Shown: positions 37,609 through 41,264 of the stretch, piece after piece
How the letters are laid out: each line of letters opens with the position of its first letter
How positions within the stretch are numbered: position 1 is the stretch's first letter
Sequence record: PP328844.1
Strand: one strand, 5' to 3'
DNA from: Escherichia phage 216Ecol046PP
Length of the DNA: 41,264 nt
The notes under the pieces: model-generated
Seen by the model: the letters and a program-made list of their open reading frames with translations, nothing else
What the model was told of the DNA's origin: nothing
Databases searched by the model: none
Program-made: the position numbers and the translations under genes

Positions 37609-38058
37609 ATGCTCGAATTTTTAAAGAGAGCGGCTCCGTGGTTACTTGCAGCAGTGATGTTTGCTGGTGGCTACCACACCGCTAACAATAAGTGGGAGGC
37701 TAAGGTCAATGAAGAATACACCTCGAATCTTAAGGCATCGGAAGATACAAGGCTTGCTGTCCAAGCTGAAGTCAACAAAGTGTCCAAACGGTTTCAGGAC
37801 GAAATGTCCTCGCTGGAAGGCAGCACTGATAGGATTATTGCTGACCTTCAGTCTGACAATAAGCGGCTGCGCATCCGAGTCAAACCAACGAGTGGAACCA
37901 CGCAAAGTGACGGTCGATGCGTCATTGATGGTTACGCCGAACTTGACGAACGAGATGCTAAACGTCTTATCGCCATCGGAGTGAAAGGAGACAAGTGGAT
38001 TAAGGCCCTTCAGGACACTGTGAGAGCCTTGCAGCAAGATAAGGAGGTGACGCATTGA
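37609..38058 (+). CDS. 18.5: Rz-like i-spanin (gp18.5 homologue)
   Basis: MLEFL... N-terminal TM, GSTDRII.DL.SDNKRLR.RVK, DERDAKR.., ALQDT.R.LQ as in T7 gp18.5. Confidence 0.88.
   Translation: MLEFLKRAAPWLLAAVMFAGGYHTANNKWEAKVNEEYTSNLKASEDTRLAVQAEVNKVSKRFQDEMSSLEGSTDRIIADLQSDNKRLRIRVKPTSGTTQSDGRCVIDGYAELDERDAKRLIAIGVKGDKWIKALQDTVRALQQDKEVTH
37709..37984 (+). CDS. 18.7: Rz1-like o-spanin lipoprotein (gp18.7 homologue) embedded in +1 frame within Rz
   Basis: [10 protein letters not shown]..., lipobox LTISGC, C-terminal EMLNV as in T7 gp18.7; start taken at internal ATG 37709. Confidence 0.75.
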   Translation: MKNTPRILRHRKIQGLLSKLKSTKCPNGFRTKCPRWKAALIGLLLTFSLTISGCASESNQRVEPRKVTVDASLMVTPNLTNEMLNVLSPSE

Positions 38059-39818
38059 GTAAAGATTTAGTGGCGCGTCAGGCGCTAATGACTGACCGTA
38101 TGAAGGCAGACTTCGTGTTCTTCCTGTTCGTCCTGTGGAAAGCTCTGTCACTACCAGTCCCGACTCGCTGTCAGATTGACATGGCGAAGAAACTATCAGC
38201 TGGTGACAACAGGCGCTTCATCCTACAGGCGTTCCGTGGTATAGGGAAGTCCTTCATTACGTGTGCCTTCGTTGTCTGGAAGCTATGGAACAACCCAGAC
38301 TTGAAGTTCATGATTGTGTCGGCCTCAAAGGAACGAGCCGATGCAAACTCCATCTTCATCAAGCGAATCATCGACCTCATGCCTCAGCTTCGGGAACTCA
38401 AACCTAAGCAGGGGCAGCGAGATGCGGTTATCAGCTTCGACGTTGGACCAGCCAAGCCAGACCACTCACCTTCGGTTAAGTCCGTTGGTATCACTGGTCA
38501 GTTGACTGGTAGTCGTGCTGACATCCTGATTGCCGATGACGTGGAGGTTCCGAACAACTCAGCGACTCAGGCTGCCCGAGACCGTCTGTCAGAGCTTGTG
38601 AAAGAGTTCGACGCTATCCTGAAGCCGGGAGGTACAATCATCTATCTGGGTACTCCTCAGAACGAGATGACCTTGTATCGTGAGCTGGAAGGCCGTGGGT
38701 ACACCACTACTATCTGGCCTGCTCGTTATCCACGCGACAGGAAGGACTGGCAGTCTTACGGCGACCGTCTGGCTCCAATGCTTCAGGAAGAGCTTGAAGA
38801 GGACCCTGAGTCATTCTACTGGCGTCCGACTGATGAAGTACGCTTCGATGATACGGACCTTAAGGAACGTGAGCTGTCATATGGTAAGGCTGGCTTCGCT
38901 CTACAGTTCATGCTTAACCCGAACCTGAGTGATGCCGAGAAGTACCCACTGAAGCTCCGTGACCTTATCGTAGCGGACTTGGACCCAGCGTCCAGCCCAA
39001 TGGTCTACCAATGGTTACCGAACCCTCAGAACAAGCGTGAGGACGTTCCTAACGTTGGACTCATGGGTGACTCGTACCACACGTATCAGACTGTAGGTTC
39101 TGCCTTCAGCTCATACACCCAGAAGATTCTGGTCATTGACCCTAGTGGTCGTGGTAAGGATGAAACTGGCTATGCGGTACTGTACCAGCTTAATGGCTAC
39201 ATCTTCGCTATGGAAGTTGGTGGTATGCGTGGTGGTTATGAAGACTCTACGCTTGAAGCACTGGCTAAGATTGGTCGTAAGTGGAAGGTCAACGAATACG
39301 TCATTGAGGGTAACTTCGGCGATGGTATGTACCTTGAGCTATTCAAGCCTGTAGCGGCCCGTATCCATCCTGCTGCTGTAACTGAAGTGAAGAGTAAGGG
39401 TCAGAAAGAACTCCGCATCTGTGACGTTCTGGAGCCTATCATGGGGTCTCACCGACTTATCGTTAACGCTGCTGCTATCGTTCAAGACTACCAGTCAGCC
39501 TCTGATAAGGATGGTGTTCGTAACCCTATCTACTCTCTCTTCTACCAGATGACACGTATATCTCGTGAACGTGGAGCCTTGGCACACGATGACCGACTTG
39601 ATGCGCTGGCTATCGGTGTACAGTTCTTCGTTGAGTCTATGGCTAAGGATGCCAACAAGGGCGAACGTGAAGTCACTGAGGAGTGGCTGGAGGAACAGAT
39701 GGAGAACCCACGGAAAGGCTTCGAGTCCATCCACACGGAGTTCTGGGACAATGGGGTCCGGGTAACTCACGATACGGACGACGAGCTGGGACTAGGGTCC
39801 TACGTTACGTTCCACTAG
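38055..39818 (+). CDS. 19: Terminase large subunit (gp19 homologue); TTG start after AAGGAGG
   Basis: [68 protein letters not shown] match T7 gp19. Confidence 0.96.
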   Translation: MSKDLVARQALMTDRMKADFVFFLFVLWKALSLPVPTRCQIDMAKKLSAGDNRRFILQAFRGIGKSFITCAFVVWKLWNNPDLKFMIVSASKERADANSIFIKRIIDLMPQLRELKPKQGQRDAVISFDVGPAKPDHSPSVKSVGITGQLTGSRADILIADDVEVPNNSATQAARDRLSELVKEFDAILKPGGTIIYLGTPQNEMTLYRELEGRGYTTTIWPARYPRDRKDWQSYGDRLAPMLQEELEEDPESFYWRPTDEVRFDDTDLKERELSYGKAGFALQFMLNPNLSDAEKYPLKLRDLIVADLDPASSPMVYQWLPNPQNKREDVPNVGLMGDSYHTYQTVGSAFSSYTQKILVIDPSGRGKDETGYAVLYQLNGYIFAMEVGGMRGGYEDSTLEALAKIGRKWKVNEYVIEGNFGDGMYLELFKPVAARIHPAAVTEVKSKGQKELRICDVLEPIMGSHRLIVNAAAIVQDYQSASDKDGVRNPIYSLFYQMTRISRERGALAHDDRLDALAIGVQFFVESMAKDANKGEREVTEEWLEEQMENPRKGFESIHTEFWDNGVRVTHDTDDELGLGSYVTFH

Positions 39819-39914
39819 CTGAATGAATAACTATAGGCGAAAACTGAATTAATAAGCAGTTAGTAACCTATAGTTACTACCAGTCTAACCTACTGTTTTA
39901 CAAGGAGTTTGGAC

Positions 39915-39934
39915 TTAACTATCACTATAGGGAA
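39915..39934 (+). promoter_or_regulatory. Phage RNAP promoter (phiOR-like) near the right end
   Basis: GACTTAACTATCACTATAGGGAAGA. Confidence 0.8.
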
Positions 39935-40115
39935 GACCCCCGGTTACTTATAGTATTACTGTAGTGAATATACATATGCAGACTTTATGCAAGACCTTAG
40001 GAGGCAGACTCCAAGTTCTTACCTAAGGCTTGCACCGATGGAAGGAGGTGATATTAATCATAATACCTCCAATACAGATAGTCACAGACCATAGATACAG
40101 GAGGTATGTAGCATA

Positions 40116-40307
40116 TGGCAAAGACCAAAGCTGTACTTAAAGCTCTGGCGACCAATCGAGCTACATACAGGTTTCTTGCTGCTGTTCTACTTGCTGCTGG
40201 CGTTACTGCTGGAAGTCAGTGGGTCGGGTGGGTCGAGACTCTCATATGTTCTCTGGTGTCTGAGTGTCGTTAACGCCGTAATGGTAACAATCAACGAAAG
40301 GAGGTAG
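40116..40307 (+). CDS. 19.5: gp19.5 homologue with frame discrepancy: ATG-initiated frame reads 63 aa, while the gp19.5-like sequence lies in the adjacent frame from 40142 to TAA 40271..40273
   Basis: RBS GGAGG + ATG 40116; conserved-looking ATYRFLAAVLLAAG...ETLICSLVSEC encoded in a frame offset by one from the ATG after an A-run; not in the ORF track. Confidence 0.35.
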   Translation, partial: WQRPKLYLKLWRPIELHTGFLLLFYLLLALLLEVSGSGGSRLSYVLWCLSVVNAVMVTINERR

Positions 40308-40382
40308 TATGGACGAAGAGTCTTACGGTTCGTTCTCTGAAGAGGACTATAAGACGGAGTGGGAATACGCCCATTGAAGACC

Positions 40383-40423
40383 TAAGGTCAGTTCATAGCT
40401 GACGCTACTCTACTGACCTTAGC
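40383..40423 (+). promoter_or_regulatory. Perfect 11-bp inverted repeat (CTAAGGTCAGT / ACTGACCTTAG) in the right-end non-coding region
   Basis: Seen directly; lies in the region expected to hold concatemer-processing or packaging signals. Confidence 0.4.
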
Positions 40424-40585
40424 TACTGTAGTCAAGGACTTTAGGTAACACCTTAAGAGAAGCTCACTTAGGGTCATCCTACTTATTGGTCTATCCTAGT
40501 GTCTCCTGACCTACGGTCCTTGACCTACAGTGGCTGTGGCCTACAGTAGTGACGATGAGTTTTGGACCAAAAGTTTGAGACCACA

Positions 40586-40764
40586 TCTCACAGTTCAAGA
40601 ACCTCAAGTCTCCCCATAGGCCCTCTTTAAGTCCAGACCAAAGGCCCTACCCCAGTCTATCATAAGGTTAGACCGATGGTCAAGACTTCAGGTCAACGAT
40701 AGGTCTAGGCTATGGCTTAGGGAAGAACGATAGGTGGTGACTATTGGTCTGTCTTTGAGTCTCT
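40586..40764 (+). repeat. Right terminal repeat of the genome unit
   Basis: Identical to 501..679. Confidence 0.9.
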
Positions 40765-41085
40765 ATCTGTATCAGACCTTGAGTCACTACCTACAGTCTA
40801 ACTACCTACAGTCTAACTACCTACAGTCTAACTACCTACAGTCATCGACCATCGGTAATGCTGCTACCTACAGTCTAAACCTACAGTTAATAGACACAAT
40901 GGCTATAGACTTAAGGTCTAAGACATGTTAGTCAAAGACTATATCCTCTTACACCATGGGGCCGACGATAGCTTAATCAATATTATCGACCATCGGTAAT
41001 GCTGCTACCTACAGTCTAAACCTACAGTTAATAGACACAATGGCTATAGACTTAAGGTCTAAGACATGTTAGTCAAAGACTATAT
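40765..41085 (+). repeat. Copy of left-end unique sequence 680..1000 following the right terminal repeat (concatemer-type continuation)
   Basis: Identity to 680..1000 including the 15-bp array and part of the 141-bp duplication. Confidence 0.85.
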
Positions 41086-41264
41086 TCTCACAGTTCAAGA
41101 ACCTCAAGTCTCCCCATAGGCCCTCTTTAAGTCCAGACCAAAGGCCCTACCCCAGTCTATCATAAGGTTAGACCGATGGTCAAGACTTCAGGTCAACGAT
41201 AGGTCTAGGCTATGGCTTAGGGAAGAACGATAGGTGGTGACTATTGGTCTGTCTTTGAGTCTCT
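41086..41264 (+). repeat. Fourth terminal repeat copy, joined to an internal point of the left-end region
   Basis: Identical to the terminal repeat; junction at 41085/41086 breaks collinearity with 1001 onward. Confidence 0.85.

Noticed and set aside
39819-39914. Partial promoter-like matches (AACTATAGG, TAACCTATAGTTACTACC) downstream of the terminase gene
   Set aside because: They lack the conserved TATCACTATAGG core present in all 11 confident promoters.

Overview
This window is an essentially complete T7-supergroup (Autographiviridae) coliphage genome, all genes on the + strand in canonical T7 order. Clear homologues: Ocr, RNA polymerase, gp1.1/1.2, ligase, gp1.7 kinase, gp2, SSB, endonuclease I, lysozyme, HNH endonuclease, primase-helicase, DNA polymerase, gp5.5/5.7, exonuclease, gp6.7/7.3, portal, scaffold, capsid 10A/10B, tail tubular A/B, internal virion proteins gp14-16, holin, terminases, Rz/Rz1. 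The tail fibre is a 1064-aa tailspike whose T7-like N-terminus is fused to a compositionally distinct enzymatic module that I read as an endosialidase with a C-terminal chaperone domain; from memory this matches K1-capsule-specific coliphage K1F, but I could not run a search to confirm. There are 11 phage-RNAP promoters (core TAAACTATCACTATAGG), a T-phi-like terminator after gene 10, an early terminator after ligase, and a recurring family of RNase III-type hairpins. The 179-bp terminal repeat occurs four times: 501..40764 is a mature-length genome (40,264 bp), while the outer ~500 bp at each end are rearranged copies of genome-end segments, consistent with concatemer junctions, defective genomes or assembly artefacts. 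Most interesting are the non-T7 accessory early genes: an 84-aa ORF inserted upstream of Ocr between duplicated hairpins, an Ocr with a ~55-aa C-terminal extension, no gp0.7 kinase but several small ORFs, a 151-aa ORF between endonuclease I and lysozyme, and a zinc-ribbon ORF at the gp5.9 position. The gene 19.5 homologue also appears split between two frames at an A-run. All similarity statements rest on recalled T7 protein sequences and motifs; no database search was possible.
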